Shown here piece by piece: positions 27,836-38,530 of a stretch of DNA of 64,000 nt; the first letter of the stretch is position 1, and the number at the start of each line of letters is the position of its first letter. The stretch covers positions 2,040,766 through 2,104,765 of the forward strand of contig NZ_OY781616.1 in assembly GCF_963677005.1 (NCBI RefSeq), in the 5' to 3' direction. Origin of the DNA: Maridesulfovibrio sp. (GTDB lineage Bacteria; Desulfobacterota; Desulfovibrionia; Desulfovibrionales; Desulfovibrionaceae). A program made the position numbers and the translations under genes. A model generated the notes under the pieces. It worked only from the letters and a program-made list of their open reading frames with translations. It ran no database searches and was not told the origin of the DNA.

Positions 27836-29008
27836 CTACCGCTCTGCAGCACGCGTGCCGTTTTTCCCGCTACCCCTGGATAAAACAAAAAGTGAAATCA
27901 GGGGAACCAATCCCCCCACGATGCCCATTCTGCCTATCATTTCAATCTTGGATCCCCAGTCAAACGAGATGATTTCCATGGCTGCGGCAGCGAATATGAA
28001 ACTGCTGAACGTGATCAGGGCAGATGCAGCACCGATGTCCCGGTCTACGGTTTCGAGGATCATATGGTTGCTTATCGGTCTGCTTAAACCGATGAAAAAA
28101 GTCATCAGAATCATGGTAATAAAAAACATCACCTTGTCACCGCCCAGAAAATATATCCCTGTTGCAGCACAAAGCACCCCGATAAGGGAAAATTTCAATA
28201 TGGCCATGGATGAGTAACCCACGCAAAGTCGGGAACAGGCAAATGATCCGGCCATGAATCCAAAGGCGTTCAAGCCGAAAAACATGGCATACTGCTGCTC
28301 GCTGAGTCCGAACCCCGAAATGTAAATATCCGCTGAGCCGGCCAGAAAACCGAAAAAACCTATACTCACAAAGGCAAAAGCAAAGCAGTAGACAGTAAAA
28401 CGCAGGTTTCTAAACACAACCGGATAACGGGCCAGCATTTCCAGTACTCCGCCGCTGGTCTTCTCAAAGTCCGGTTCACGGAAGGCCAGCGCGCCCAAAA
28501 AAGCCACCGAAGCCAGCAACGCCTGACAGGCGAATATCCATTCCCAACTCAAATACCTGGTAGTAATACTCCCAAGCATGGGAGCTACCATCGGACAGAG
28601 GGGAATAATAACGCCGATATATGCCAGCACCTTCTGCCGCTCAGTGCCTGAATAAAGATCCTTTGCCAGAGCCATGGACAAAGCGGAGGCGGAGGCAGCA
28701 CCTGCAGCCTGAATTATGCGGGACACAACAAGCATCCAGATATTGACGGACAAGGCACAGAGCAGACACCCGGCCACATAGATGCCCACACCGACCACAA
28801 GCACCGGCTTGCGCCCGAACCTGTCTGAAAGCGGGCCGTATATCAGCATAAAAAAACTGAATGCAAGAAAGAATGCCACCAGCGACAGATTGACCGAGGA
28901 CAACGGTATGCCCCACTCAGCCTGTATCGTCGGCAGGGCGGGGAGGTACATGTCGGTGGAGATGGCCGGGAAAGCGGCGAGCATGGTAATAAAAAGAAAA
29001 TTGGGCAT
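27836..29008 (-). CDS. MFS transporter, Bcr/CflA drug-resistance subfamily
   Basis: 390-aa, 12-TM protein with MFS motif A (GPLSDRFGRKPV). Confidence 0.85.
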   Translation of the reverse strand: MPNFLFITMLAAFPAISTDMYLPALPTIQAEWGIPLSSVNLSLVAFFLAFSFFMLIYGPLSDRFGRKPVLVVGVGIYVAGCLLCALSVNIWMLVVSRIIQAAGAASASALSMALAKDLYSGTERQKVLAYIGVIIPLCPMVAPMLGSITTRYLSWEWIFACQALLASVAFLGALAFREPDFEKTSGGVLEMLARYPVVFRNLRFTVYCFAFAFVSIGFFGFLAGSADIYISGFGLSEQQYAMFFGLNAFGFMAGSFACSRLCVGYSSMAILKFSLIGVLCAATGIYFLGGDKVMFFITMILMTFFIGLSRPISNHMILETVDRDIGAASALITFSSFIFAAAAMEIISFDWGSKIEMIGRMGIVGGLVPLISLFVLSRGSGKNGTRAAER

Positions 29009-29227
29009 GAAAACACACCTTTCAAAATCACCCGTAACGCGGGTTGGCTGTCAGAGGAAAAAGATATCTGCTGATGCAAAAATAGACTGAAAGTGCTGAG
29101 TTCGGAGTAGAAGGTATAAGGTACAGCCGCACCGAAGGTCAACCGCAATTATACTTATTCTCCCCGGAGCTGGAATGAAGCACAGCAAAAAATACGGCTG
29201 AACCGGAAGAAAAATCGCAACGCCCTG

Positions 29228-31156
29228 TCAGGTTCTGAGCGGCAGGGAAATAACAAATACAGCCCCTTTTTTCTCATAACTTTCGGCAGAAATACTGCCG
29301 TGGTGCTCGCTCATTATTCTGCCGGCCACAGCTAGCCCCTGGCCGGTACCCTTTCCTTGTTTCTTGGTGGAAAAGAAGGGCTCGAATATCCTGCCCAGAT
29401 TCTCCCTGGGAATACCTATGCCATTGTCCGAGATAACGATTCTGACATCTGAACCGACCCTGCCGCTGGCAATTCTTATGGTTCCCCTGACGATGTCACT
29501 ACCGGAATGTCTTATGGTTATAGCTTCCACGGCATTAATTATCACTGTTATCAAGACATGGATTATGTCCCGTGAAATACAGCTGACAGCCGGAAGGTTC
29601 GGAGCAAGATCAAGATCCATTACCGCAATACCGTCCCAGGTGCTGTGGGTAATGTCCACGCACTGGCGGATCAGACTGTTTATATCCTCCGGTTCAGAAA
29701 CAGCAGGCCCGGTGGTTGCGAGTTCGCTTATTGAAGCAACAATGTCTGAAATATGCATTATGCTGCTGTCGTTCTCATCCAGAACCCCCGGCACTTCCTG
29801 CATGATTGCAGAAAGATCACTCTCCTCCAGCCCGGCTTCGGGGAGACCGGACTCAGCCCCTCCATGCCCCTCCTGTTTCATATTGCCAACCAAATTATTC
29901 AGGGCGGCAAACGCCCGACGCAGAAAGGCCGAGTTGACTTCGAGATACTTCAGCGGAGCGCTTATTTCATGGGCAATCCCCCCGGCAAGCATTCCGACGG
30001 AACTCAACCGCTGCTGCCGCAGCATCTCATGCTCCATCTTCTTCAGTCTTGAAATATCGGTCGTGACCGCCAGAAGACCGGTAGATTCATTCAATTCGCT
30101 ACGGAGAATACGCGGGGAGAACAGCACGGTCACTTCACCCCCGTTCTTTCTGCGGAGTGGAAGCTCAAACGAATCCAGTTTGCCGTTCGGTAATCCGTCA
30201 ACCTTGCTTGAATATTCCTCGAAACCGTCTTCATTCAGCAGACGGTGAAAAGGCATGCTGCGAAGTTCGTCCGGATCATAACCGAGCATGCGGGCAAAAG
30301 GAAAATTACAGAAAAGGACAAAACCGCCCTGATCCAGATAAACGATGCCCTCACCCATTGTTTCGACAAGGGTCCGGTATTTTTTCTCATTCAGGCGGGA
30401 GCCGAGTTCAGCTTTCTTGAGTCCGGCCGCACTGTAGATCATCAGGCCGCCCAACGCCCAGGCCAGCAGAGTCACCCCCACAAAGCCCCTTCGCCCGGCC
30501 AGAGCGGCGGACATTACCTGCCCGAGGGGAACCGAAACACTAATTCCTCCCCTCACATCGCCTGCCTTGTATCCCTGTGCGGCATGACATTTCAGGCAGC
30601 TTTCTTCCGTAACCAGAGGGATCATCAGCCGCATATATTCCTTTCCGTCCATCGTCCGGACACCGCTCACTTCTTTCGCTCCATGCCTTTCAATCCGGTC
30701 AAGAGCTTCCCGTTCCCAGTCGTCAGCCTTATTTTCCGGTCGGATGGGGTTAAGGCTGGTTATATGGCCGATCAACCCCGAAGCGGTTTCCCCTAGTTCA
30801 TGGACCTGTCTGGTCATATACGCAGGATTGATTTTAGTGAGCCTCAAACCGTTGCCGGCATCAAGATCACGGTTTTTCAGGTCAAGGTAGGGGTTGGGGA
30901 GAAGCTTTTCACCAAGCGGAGCGTAAACACCGCCGAACATTGAATTCCAGCGGCGGTAGATGATATCTTTTTCAATGGATGTTCGAGCCTGAATCCTGGC
31001 AGACTCCAGGGCATGCCCGTACAAACGGTTCAGACTGATCTGCAGAAAAGCTCCTGCCGCAACTGTCCAGACAGCAAAAATCAGCCAGAAAAAAGCCCTG
31101 TACCCGTGTAACGAACCACGGGCACTGAATATTCTGTTTTCCTGCCTGCTGAACAT
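29228..31156 (-). CDS. Sensor histidine kinase with a periplasmic DUF3365 (heme-c, CxxCH) domain and a cytoplasmic PAS domain
   Basis: Two TM segments flank NPIRPENKADDWEREAL...EESCLKCHAAQGYKAGDVRGGISVSVPL. A PAS domain follows, then the H-box GIAHEISAPL and HATPase motifs (DNGIGIP, GTGQGLAV). Confidence 0.85.
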   Translation of the reverse strand: MFSRQENRIFSARGSLHGYRAFFWLIFAVWTVAAGAFLQISLNRLYGHALESARIQARTSIEKDIIYRRWNSMFGGVYAPLGEKLLPNPYLDLKNRDLDAGNGLRLTKINPAYMTRQVHELGETASGLIGHITSLNPIRPENKADDWEREALDRIERHGAKEVSGVRTMDGKEYMRLMIPLVTEESCLKCHAAQGYKAGDVRGGISVSVPLGQVMSAALAGRRGFVGVTLLAWALGGLMIYSAAGLKKAELGSRLNEKKYRTLVETMGEGIVYLDQGGFVLFCNFPFARMLGYDPDELRSMPFHRLLNEDGFEEYSSKVDGLPNGKLDSFELPLRRKNGGEVTVLFSPRILRSELNESTGLLAVTTDISRLKKMEHEMLRQQRLSSVGMLAGGIAHEISAPLKYLEVNSAFLRRAFAALNNLVGNMKQEGHGGAESGLPEAGLEESDLSAIMQEVPGVLDENDSSIMHISDIVASISELATTGPAVSEPEDINSLIRQCVDITHSTWDGIAVMDLDLAPNLPAVSCISRDIIHVLITVIINAVEAITIRHSGSDIVRGTIRIASGRVGSDVRIVISDNGIGIPRENLGRIFEPFFSTKKQGKGTGQGLAVAGRIMSEHHGSISAESYEKKGAVFVISLPLRT

Positions 31157-31381
31157 TTCCGCAAATCCCTCTAAGTCAGAATATGCCGGGACTGGAACAG
31201 TCCACGATTGACAATAACCGACAAATGGAAATTATGTCCAACAGAAACGAATAAGTTTTTTCGGGCTATGGCATACAGACAAAGTCTGAAATTTTACCTG
31301 CACGGAAATAGAGAGTTAAGGACCGAAAGAAGCATCTGGAACAAGATATATTCCATTTCGCAAAAAGGAGCTTACAGGTGA

Positions 31382-32431
31382 CTATGTGTAATAAATACCT
31401 TCGGAACAACCGAACAGCCGGTTAAGACTTTCCACGGACCGCCCTGAAGTGAGAACAATGAGGTAGTCCCCGGCAACTACCTCGAATCCGGGGGAAGGCA
31501 GTTTATTGAGGTCCTGATCCCCACCGGTTCCACGACTTACCCCGATGGCCAGGACATTGAATCTTTCCTTCAGCTCATCAAAGATATCACCGTAGCGCAT
31601 CCCGGAAAAGCGGCTCCCCTCTTTCACATAATACTGCTGAACATCATAGTCGCCGTTACCGGTGGCGGAAGAAAGGATATCCTCATTGAACCTGGCAACG
31701 CTCGGCTCAAAGATATAACTGGCAACGATCTTGGACGAAATATCATTGCGGCAGATGGTGAAACTCACCCCGGCGCTGGTGAAGGTTTCCTTCAGCTCGG
31801 AATTATCAATTGTCACCACGCAGGAAAGATGCGGATAAAATTTTTTGGCATTGAGTACAAAAACAAGGTTCCGGGTGTCGTCTCCCAGATTGGGCATGAG
31901 TGAAACCGCTTCCGAGGCATTGGCCTTTTTGAGACACTCCCGGCAGTTCATATCGGTATAAATGACGAACACCTTGTCCCGATTAAAACTTTCATAGATA
32001 AAATCGATATGGTCCTTGTTGTCGGTCGCAATGCATACTCTTTTTCCGGCATGGACCAGCTGGCTTACGACATCCTCGGAAAATTCATTCCAGCCCGCTA
32101 TGATCACATGATTGGTAAATTCCGTTCCGTCAAAACCCATCTTTCTTCTCTCCGCCAACCCTTGAATGTGGTCTGTCAAATTACCTATGAAATACCCCAG
32201 AATACCGATACTTCCGAGCACCATGGTCATGGAGACAATCTTTCCGGCACTGGATGTCGGATAGAAATCACCGTACCCGACAGTCGTAAGGGTCACCAGC
32301 GAATACCAGAACGCATCAAAAACAGTCTTGATGTTCGAGTTGTCACCGGATGACTCGAAATAATAAATCAGCAGGATAACAGCCGCATACGCAGCCAGCC
32401 CCGCCCACAGGCACAGGAAGCTCTTTTTCAT
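31382..32431 (-). CDS. Two-TM potassium channel with a cytoplasmic RCK/TrkA-N domain
   Basis: The selectivity filter TTVGYGD is present, followed by the Rossmann-like segment HVIIAGWNEFSEDVV. Confidence 0.85.
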   Translation of the reverse strand: MKKSFLCLWAGLAAYAAVILLIYYFESSGDNSNIKTVFDAFWYSLVTLTTVGYGDFYPTSSAGKIVSMTMVLGSIGILGYFIGNLTDHIQGLAERRKMGFDGTEFTNHVIIAGWNEFSEDVVSQLVHAGKRVCIATDNKDHIDFIYESFNRDKVFVIYTDMNCRECLKKANASEAVSLMPNLGDDTRNLVFVLNAKKFYPHLSCVVTIDNSELKETFTSAGVSFTICRNDISSKIVASYIFEPSVARFNEDILSSATGNGDYDVQQYYVKEGSRFSGMRYGDIFDELKERFNVLAIGVSRGTGGDQDLNKLPSPGFEVVAGDYLIVLTSGRSVESLNRLFGCSEGIYYT

Positions 32432-32611
32432 GATTGCCGGGCATCTGTTAAGTTTGGTTGCGTCAACAATTGACAGCAGTTTCTATTTTAGCAGGACCGG
32501 ACGGGGTATGACAACTCGGGACAGGCAATATTGCGGACAATTTAACACAAACGTCTGCATTGAGTATGAACGGGTGTGTTAAAGAAGCAGTGCGTTTATT
32601 TCCAAGCAGGT

Positions 32612-32971
32612 TTATCCGGGGATCAGAAATCGCTCCGATTCTTTTGCCCCGTCACTCTTCATGCAGAGCACAATCAGGTAAAGCAGCCCGACAACCGGTA
32701 CAAGAGCGGTAAAAACAAGTCTGCGATCCTTGCCAAGAGCATTGAGTCTGCGAACAATCAGCGCCGCACAAGGAAGTATGGAAGAAACAATGAAAAGCCC
32801 GCCCAAAGTCCCTATTACTTTGGAGGCAAACGGATGCTCAACCCCGTAGCCCAGAAGGATCAGCAGACATATTATTGCCCCGTGGATCAACGCAAAATAA
32901 CTGAACTCGTTCCTTGTTGCAGTCGAATAAAAATTATTAAAATTTTTCCATATATTAAAATATTTTTTCAT
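32612..32971 (-). CDS. DUF805-family small membrane protein
   Basis: 119-aa ORF with the N-terminal segment TRNEFSYFALI, three TM segments and an RRLNALGKDRR loop typical of DUF805. Confidence 0.65.
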   Translation of the reverse strand: MKKYFNIWKNFNNFYSTATRNEFSYFALIHGAIICLLILLGYGVEHPFASKVIGTLGGLFIVSSILPCAALIVRRLNALGKDRRLVFTALVPVVGLLYLIVLCMKSDGAKESERFLIPG

Positions 32972-33316
32972 CTACAGTTCCTCCGCGAAAGGCGCCGTAA
33001 CACCCTCCCCTTTCAAAATCAAAAAGCAACCCGCCATGCCCGGATACAGGCATCAATCAACGATTATTTACGTCCGCCAACTTTTCGGTTCTATTTCAGT
33101 ATGTGTCAAGGCTTTTCACTTTAGATTTTTTTTGAAAAATCAACTGCACATGTCGGTACGACATACACGGAAAGGAAAAATCGGGCCTAAATCCCAAACC
33201 ATCATTAATCCTTTTCATAATTGACATTCGACAGTGTATAAAGTCAGAAAGTATAAGATAAGGACTTGGTATGATACCACTATCCTTTACCCTGCAATCA
33301 ACTTAAAGGCAGCACA

Positions 33317-34006
33317 ATGCCCACATCATCCAAGACAACTAAGGACGGAGAGCAACCGGTTCTGGAATTCAGAGAAGTCGGTTTTCACTGGCCCGGCGGA
33401 AAAGGTTTTGACAACGTATCATTTGCCGTTCCTGCCGGAGGGTTCGCACTCATCACCGGTCCGTCCGGTGCAGGAAAATCAACCCTGCTGCGGCTGGCGG
33501 TCAGGCTGGAAGAAGCCTGTACCGGGAGCATTCTGCTTGAAGGAACCCAGCTTAAATCAATCTATCCACCGCTGATGCGCTCCCGCATAGGACTGGTCCA
33601 GCAGACCCCGACGCTCCTTCCCGGAACAATCAGAGAAAACCTTTTGATGCCCTTCAACCTGCGTATAAGAAAAGGAAAACCGAAACCTGATGACCCGGAA
33701 ATGACAGAATGGCTGGAAAGGCTGGGACTTGGAGAAATAGGTCTGCAAACAAATGTCGCAGGTCTTTCGGTAGGACAACGCCAGCGGTTGTGCCTTATCC
33801 GTTCTGCGCTCACACACCCGGCGGTTCTATGTTTTGATGAACCTACAAGTGCACTGGACAGTAAAAGCCGGGAGCTGGTGGAAAAAACCGCTGAGCATCT
33901 TTCGGAAGAAGGAATTGCCGTGCTCATGGTCAATCATACAAACTATCGACCGGCTTGCGAACATATGCTTCTGACCGTGGATAACGGTCGTGTGGAGGTT
34001 GCGTAA
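33317..34006 (+). CDS. fetA: ABC ATPase of the FetA/YbbL type (putative iron export)
   Basis: Walker A GPSGAGKST, signature LSVGQRQR and Walker B LCFDEPTSALD are present. It abuts the UPF0014 permease gene. Confidence 0.75.
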   Translation: MPTSSKTTKDGEQPVLEFREVGFHWPGGKGFDNVSFAVPAGGFALITGPSGAGKSTLLRLAVRLEEACTGSILLEGTQLKSIYPPLMRSRIGLVQQTPTLLPGTIRENLLMPFNLRIRKGKPKPDDPEMTEWLERLGLGEIGLQTNVAGLSVGQRQRLCLIRSALTHPAVLCFDEPTSALDSKSRELVEKTAEHLSEEGIAVLMVNHTNYRPACEHMLLTVDNGRVEVA

Positions 34007-34795
34007 ATGGGAGCTGAATTCATCCATATTTCATGGGGGCAGCTGGTTGCCGCGGCCAGCATGGTCACGGTTTCCGCCGCACTTTCCATTTTTTACCGGC
34101 TGAAACTGGAAAAGGACCTTGCCATAGGTGTGGTCAGGGCATTTGTTCAGTTGCTGACCATGGGCTACCTGCTGAAAATAATTTTCGGTTTGCAGGCAGC
34201 ACTACCCGTAATAGCTCTCTATGCCCTGATGACGGTATTCGCTGTCCACATCATCAGGGGACGGGTTCGGGAAAAAAGCATCTCCTACATAATACCGACC
34301 GGCATGGCGGTAATGGTCAGCTTTACACTGGTTACCGTGATCGTCACCCGTTTCGTCATCGGAGCCACGCCCTGGTGGGAACCGCAATATTTCATCCCCA
34401 TCGGCGGTATGATTGCCGGTAACGCCATGAATGCCCTGTCGCTTTCCCTTGAACGCTTTTTTTCTGAACTCAGAAACAGGCGCGAGGAAGTTGAAATGCA
34501 GCTTTGCCACGGAGCAGACTACAGGGAGGCTACGGAAGAAATTTTCCGCAACGCGCTGCGGGCGGGCATGATTCCATCCATAAATGCGCTTATGGGGGTC
34601 GGACTTGTTGCCCTGCCCGGAATGATGACCGGCCAGATTCTGGCCGGGGCAGACCCGGAAGAGGCTGTCCGTTACCAGATTGTTGTCATGTTCATGATGG
34701 TGGCCTCCACAGCCCTTTCTTCCATCATTGTTCTGCTGCTTGTAAGACGCAGGTGCTTTTCTTCTTCAATGTCTTTACTGGTCAGAACAGAATAG
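34007..34795 (+). CDS. fetB: FetB/YbbM-type (UPF0014) ABC permease
   Basis: 262-aa polytopic protein. Its start lies immediately after the fetA stop. Confidence 0.75.
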   Translation: MGAEFIHISWGQLVAAASMVTVSAALSIFYRLKLEKDLAIGVVRAFVQLLTMGYLLKIIFGLQAALPVIALYALMTVFAVHIIRGRVREKSISYIIPTGMAVMVSFTLVTVIVTRFVIGATPWWEPQYFIPIGGMIAGNAMNALSLSLERFFSELRNRREEVEMQLCHGADYREATEEIFRNALRAGMIPSINALMGVGLVALPGMMTGQILAGADPEEAVRYQIVVMFMMVASTALSSIIVLLLVRRRCFSSSMSLLVRTE

Positions 34796-34941
34796 CGGGC
34801 ATGTAAGGAGACAAAAACGGAGTTATGATTATGCAGTGAGAGGATGGCGTTTCCATCGGTTTCATGGTATGTTCTATACAGTAATAGTAGTTTTTCTCAA
34901 TCTTGTAATTTAATTCAATCATCCTGAAAAAGGCTTTCTAT

Positions 34942-37900
34942 TTGGACAAAGTGAAGACTCTTTTCGAAACAAACGAGGTATGCAGGAAATTCATGGATGC
35001 CTCGCCCGATGCCATAGTAATAACGGCTCCAAACGGGGATCTTCTGGCTTACAACGACAATGCGAAAGAATTGTTCGGATACGGCAGTGAAGATTCTGTG
35101 CCGAGTAACGTTCTTGAATACTACGAAGAGCCCGACAAAAGAGGGGATCTGCTGTCCATTCTGGAAGATTCAGGCAAGGTAAGTGGTTTTGAAACTGTTC
35201 TCCACACCCGCAATGGGAAAAACATAATTGCCTGTGTCAATGTCTCCGTATTTGAACAATCCGGACACAAAGTCCACATAGCCATCATTCGTGATATCTC
35301 GGCCCGCAGGAAAGCGGAAGAACAACTGATGGCAAGCGAAAAGAAATTCTCCAGCCTTTTCGACTCATCTTCAGACGCGATACTCCTGCTGGATGAAGAC
35401 GGAAGAATCACGGAATGCAATAAGCAGGCGGAAAAACTATTTTTCAGTTCCAAAGGCAGGTTGCTGAACACCTGTTTCATGGATTTGTCTCCCAGACTGC
35501 AGCCCGGAGGTTGCGTTTCCAGCGAACTTTTTTTCTCCTCCATGGCTGATGTTCTTGAAGGAAAAGGCCAAAGGTTCCTCTGGCAGTTCCGACTGAAGGG
35601 GGGCACTCTGGTTGATTGCAATGTATCCCTGACCTCCGTTGAAGTCGGGAATTCAAAAATAGTCATGTGCGTTGCCGCCGATCTGAGCGAACAGCAGAAC
35701 CTGATGATGAAAGGACGGCTTGACGAGATCAGATTCGAAGCTCTGTCCTCTATTTCACGGATGGTGGATGCTTCCCTTCCATCAATATATGACTACGCGC
35801 TTGAAGCGGCGGTAAGTGTTACCGAAAGCGAGATAGGATACATTTACTTTGTGAACGATGATGAAACGGAACTGACCATTCATGCGTGGTCGGAAGGAGT
35901 GATGCCGCAATGTTCTGTAAATAATCCTCAATACACCTATCGTGTCGAGGATACGGGAATATGGGGCGATGCCATAAGACTGCGCCAGCCCGTAATCACC
36001 AACGACTACGAAAATTGCGCAGGCAAAAAAGGGCTGCCGAAAGGCCATATTCAAATCAAGAGGCACATGAATGTGCCCCTTTTCGATGGGGACAGCATTG
36101 TGCTGCTTGCCGGAGTAGGCAACAAGGAAAACGACTATACTAATGAAGACGTGCGCCAGTTGACCATGCTTATGGAAGGTATGTGGAACGTGGTACGCCG
36201 CAAGCAGGCCGATGAAGCCCTCCGCGAAGCATATGCAGGAATGGAAATTGAGGTTTTCGAACGCACCGAAAAACTCAGTGAGGCTCTGGCCGGTCTGAAA
36301 AGAAAAAATGAAGAGATAAGCCGCGAAATCAAATCCCGTCGAGCAGCGGAAAAACAGCTGAGAATAAATGCCGGGAGACTGGCGCTTGCAACCCGTTCCG
36401 GAAAACTCGGCGTATGGGAATGGGAAATTGCATCCGGAAAACTTATCTGGAACGAGCGCATGTTCGAAATATACCGGTGCAGGCGAGACCGGTTTTCCGG
36501 AACATATACCGCATGGATGAAAATGATTCATCCGGACGACCTGGCCGGACTGGAGATAGCTCTGAGCGATGCAATTGAAAATAACGGACATTTTGAATGG
36601 GAATTTCGCATTATCCGGCCGGAAGGGAAAACCCGCTATCTGAAAGCAAGCGGGCTTACCATGGAAGACCCGGGCGGTCGCCCGCAATCCGTAATCGGCA
36701 TAACACAGGATATCACGGATCAAAGAGAGCTTGAGGAACAGCTGCGCAGATATGAAAGGGTCATAGCCGTAACCCCGGATCTGATATTCCTTGTAAATGC
36801 CGATTATGAATATGTTATGGTCAATGATTCATATGCCAAAGCCTTCGGGTATTCTCCGGATTATTTCATCGGAAGGCACGTGCAGGAGTTCATCGGCCAT
36901 GATCTGTTCAAGGAATGCTTCAGTCCCCGCATTGACATGGCATTTGCAGGCAGACCGCAATCACATGAGACCTGGATCAATCTACCGGCCGCGGGCAGAC
37001 GTTTTTTTTCCCTCACATATCAGATGATAGATTCAATAGACAAAAAGGGACGACTCATAGCCGTAGCCGCTCATGATATCACTGCGGTCAAGCTGGCAGA
37101 GGAAGACCGCAAAAACATATTCGAGGTCTCTCTTGATCTGCTCAGCATCGCAGACTTCAAAGGCCGCTTTCTGGAACTGAATCCCTCCTGGCACAAAACA
37201 CTGGGCTGGTCTGAAGATGACCTGAAAGGCAGAAGCTGGATAGACTTCACCCACCCTGACGACCGTGAACGTTCACTGATATCAATGGAAAGCCTCATGG
37301 AGGGAATCGAGGTCCGCGACTCTGAAAGCCGGTTCCGGGACAAAGACGGAAACTGGCGCTGGATTTCGTGGAGTCTCCACCCGGACAAGGAGCGCGGAAA
37401 AATCACAGCAGTGGCCCGCGATGTCTCCGAGCAGAAATCAATGGTCGAAGAATTGAAAAGGCTGGCCAGCACAGACCCGCTTACCGGGGCAAGCAACCGA
37501 AGATTTTTCCTGGAGCGCGCACGGGAAGAAATAGACCGCTTCAAGCGCTACGGCGGAAGCCTGTTCTTCATGATGCTTGATATCGATCATTTCAAACTTA
37601 TCAACGACACCTACGGTCACGAAGTGGGTGACCGCGTACTGCAGGAGCTTGTGAAATGTTCGCGTAAGACCCTGCGGACTTCGGACGTTTTCGGCAGAAT
37701 AGGCGGAGAAGAATTCGCAGCCGTGCTGGTTCAGGGCGATATGGATTCGGCCCGGCAGGTTGCTGAGCGACTGCGGACAACTCTGGGCGACATGAAAATT
37801 CGCTGTGGGAAAAATATTGTGAAATTTACCGTAAGCATAGGCCTGACCTGCATACCCAGTGAGAGCCCCACCATAGAAGAAGCCATGAAGCAGGCTGACC

Positions 37901-37959
37901 GTTGCCTGTACCAGGCCAAAAACGAAGGCCGTAACAGAGTGGTCAGCAGGTGCGATTGA
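34942..37959 (+). CDS. Cytoplasmic multi-sensor diguanylate cyclase (PAS-PAS-GAF-PAS-PAS-PAS-GGDEF)
   Basis: The GGDEF active site is RIGGEEFAAV, with the RxxD-type region upstream. The GAF segment is NVPLFDGDSIVLLAGVGNK. There are several PAS/PAC repeats. The ORF has a TTG start, and a GTG at 34951 is an alternative. Confidence 0.9.
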   Translation: MDKVKTLFETNEVCRKFMDASPDAIVITAPNGDLLAYNDNAKELFGYGSEDSVPSNVLEYYEEPDKRGDLLSILEDSGKVSGFETVLHTRNGKNIIACVNVSVFEQSGHKVHIAIIRDISARRKAEEQLMASEKKFSSLFDSSSDAILLLDEDGRITECNKQAEKLFFSSKGRLLNTCFMDLSPRLQPGGCVSSELFFSSMADVLEGKGQRFLWQFRLKGGTLVDCNVSLTSVEVGNSKIVMCVAADLSEQQNLMMKGRLDEIRFEALSSISRMVDASLPSIYDYALEAAVSVTESEIGYIYFVNDDETELTIHAWSEGVMPQCSVNNPQYTYRVEDTGIWGDAIRLRQPVITNDYENCAGKKGLPKGHIQIKRHMNVPLFDGDSIVLLAGVGNKENDYTNEDVRQLTMLMEGMWNVVRRKQADEALREAYAGMEIEVFERTEKLSEALAGLKRKNEEISREIKSRRAAEKQLRINAGRLALATRSGKLGVWEWEIASGKLIWNERMFEIYRCRRDRFSGTYTAWMKMIHPDDLAGLEIALSDAIENNGHFEWEFRIIRPEGKTRYLKASGLTMEDPGGRPQSVIGITQDITDQRELEEQLRRYERVIAVTPDLIFLVNADYEYVMVNDSYAKAFGYSPDYFIGRHVQEFIGHDLFKECFSPRIDMAFAGRPQSHETWINLPAAGRRFFSLTYQMIDSIDKKGRLIAVAAHDITAVKLAEEDRKNIFEVSLDLLSIADFKGRFLELNPSWHKTLGWSEDDLKGRSWIDFTHPDDRERSLISMESLMEGIEVRDSESRFRDKDGNWRWISWSLHPDKERGKITAVARDVSEQKSMVEELKRLASTDPLTGASNRRFFLERAREEIDRFKRYGGSLFFMMLDIDHFKLINDTYGHEVGDRVLQELVKCSRKTLRTSDVFGRIGGEEFAAVLVQGDMDSARQVAERLRTTLGDMKIRCGKNIVKFTVSIGLTCIPSESPTIEEAMKQADRCLYQAKNEGRNRVVSRCD

Positions 37960-38203
37960 TTTCCTGTTGCCAGTGACAGTGCAGCACGTTCAATAAGATC
38001 TCCCGTAAATCCCTCCGCCTGCCTATTGCAGTCGGTCCTCACACCACGCGCCCGGTGGACGGCAATTCCGCTACAAGCCACCGGCAGATTGCGACTGTCC
38101 GAAAAACAGGACTCCCCCTATTGAGCCTCGACATCGCCTGAAACAGTACCATTGCAGCCTTGTGACGGTTGTCCGTTTTTACGGAGTCCTTTTTTTCAGA
38201 ATA

Positions 38204-38221
38204 TTGTGCAAAAAAGCACAA
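38204..38221. promoter_or_regulatory. 18-bp palindrome TTGTGC-N6-GCACAA (CRP/FNR-, Rex- or enhancer-binding-protein-type site)
   Basis: TTGTGCAAAAAAGCACAA, with perfect 6-bp arms. It lies about 145 nt upstream of the sigma54-like element and 566 nt upstream of the cytochrome c start. Confidence 0.3.
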
Positions 38222-38353
38222 ACATGCTCACGCGAATCTATAAAAATTTTTACCCCGCCTCTGACACAAGCACTCACTCGATTTTATTTTTCTCCATATT
38301 TACAGGCAATTAAACACCAAAAACAAGCGCTAAAAAACAGCCTTCGAATGGGC

Positions 38354-38369
38354 TGGTATGTATATTGCT
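38354..38369 (+). promoter_or_regulatory. Sigma54-type -24/-12 promoter candidate for the cytochrome c-rnf operon
   Basis: TGGTAT-GTATA-TTGCT compared with the consensus TGGCAC-N5-TTGCW. The GG and GC dinucleotides are exactly 10 nt apart. Confidence 0.35.
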
Positions 38370-38381
38370 GTCTATCATTGT

Positions 38382-38397
38382 ATGATTGACCAATCAT
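38382..38397. promoter_or_regulatory. Palindromic box ATGATTG-AC-CAATCAT (copy 1)
   Basis: The arms are 7 bp and perfect. The core GATTGACCAATC recurs at 38517-38528. Confidence 0.3.
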
Positions 38398-38514
38398 AAT
38401 CATTGATATAGCTTCCAACCGTCGCAACAGGTCGACTGACATCAAGATTGCTCAGGCTCTTTGGAGAAATAACGGCCCGGGTAAATAAGCAACGCAGAGA
38501 GAATATCTGCTTGA

Positions 38515-38530
38515 CTGATTGACCAATCTA
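38515..38530. promoter_or_regulatory. Palindromic box CTGATTGACCAATCTA (copy 2)
   Basis: The 12-nt core GATTGACCAATC is the same as copy 1. It lies 133 nt downstream of copy 1, inside the rnf leader. Confidence 0.3.

Noticed and set aside
35782-36723. 313-aa minus-strand ORF inside the PAS/GAF/GGDEF gene
   Set aside because: It is antisense to a well-supported multi-domain CDS and has no recognisable domain.
38096-38105. Isolated TGTCCGAAAA half-site identical to the right arm of the 14351-14385 operator
   Set aside because: There is no partner half-site at the 11-nt spacing. I found it post hoc, and it is probably a chance match.
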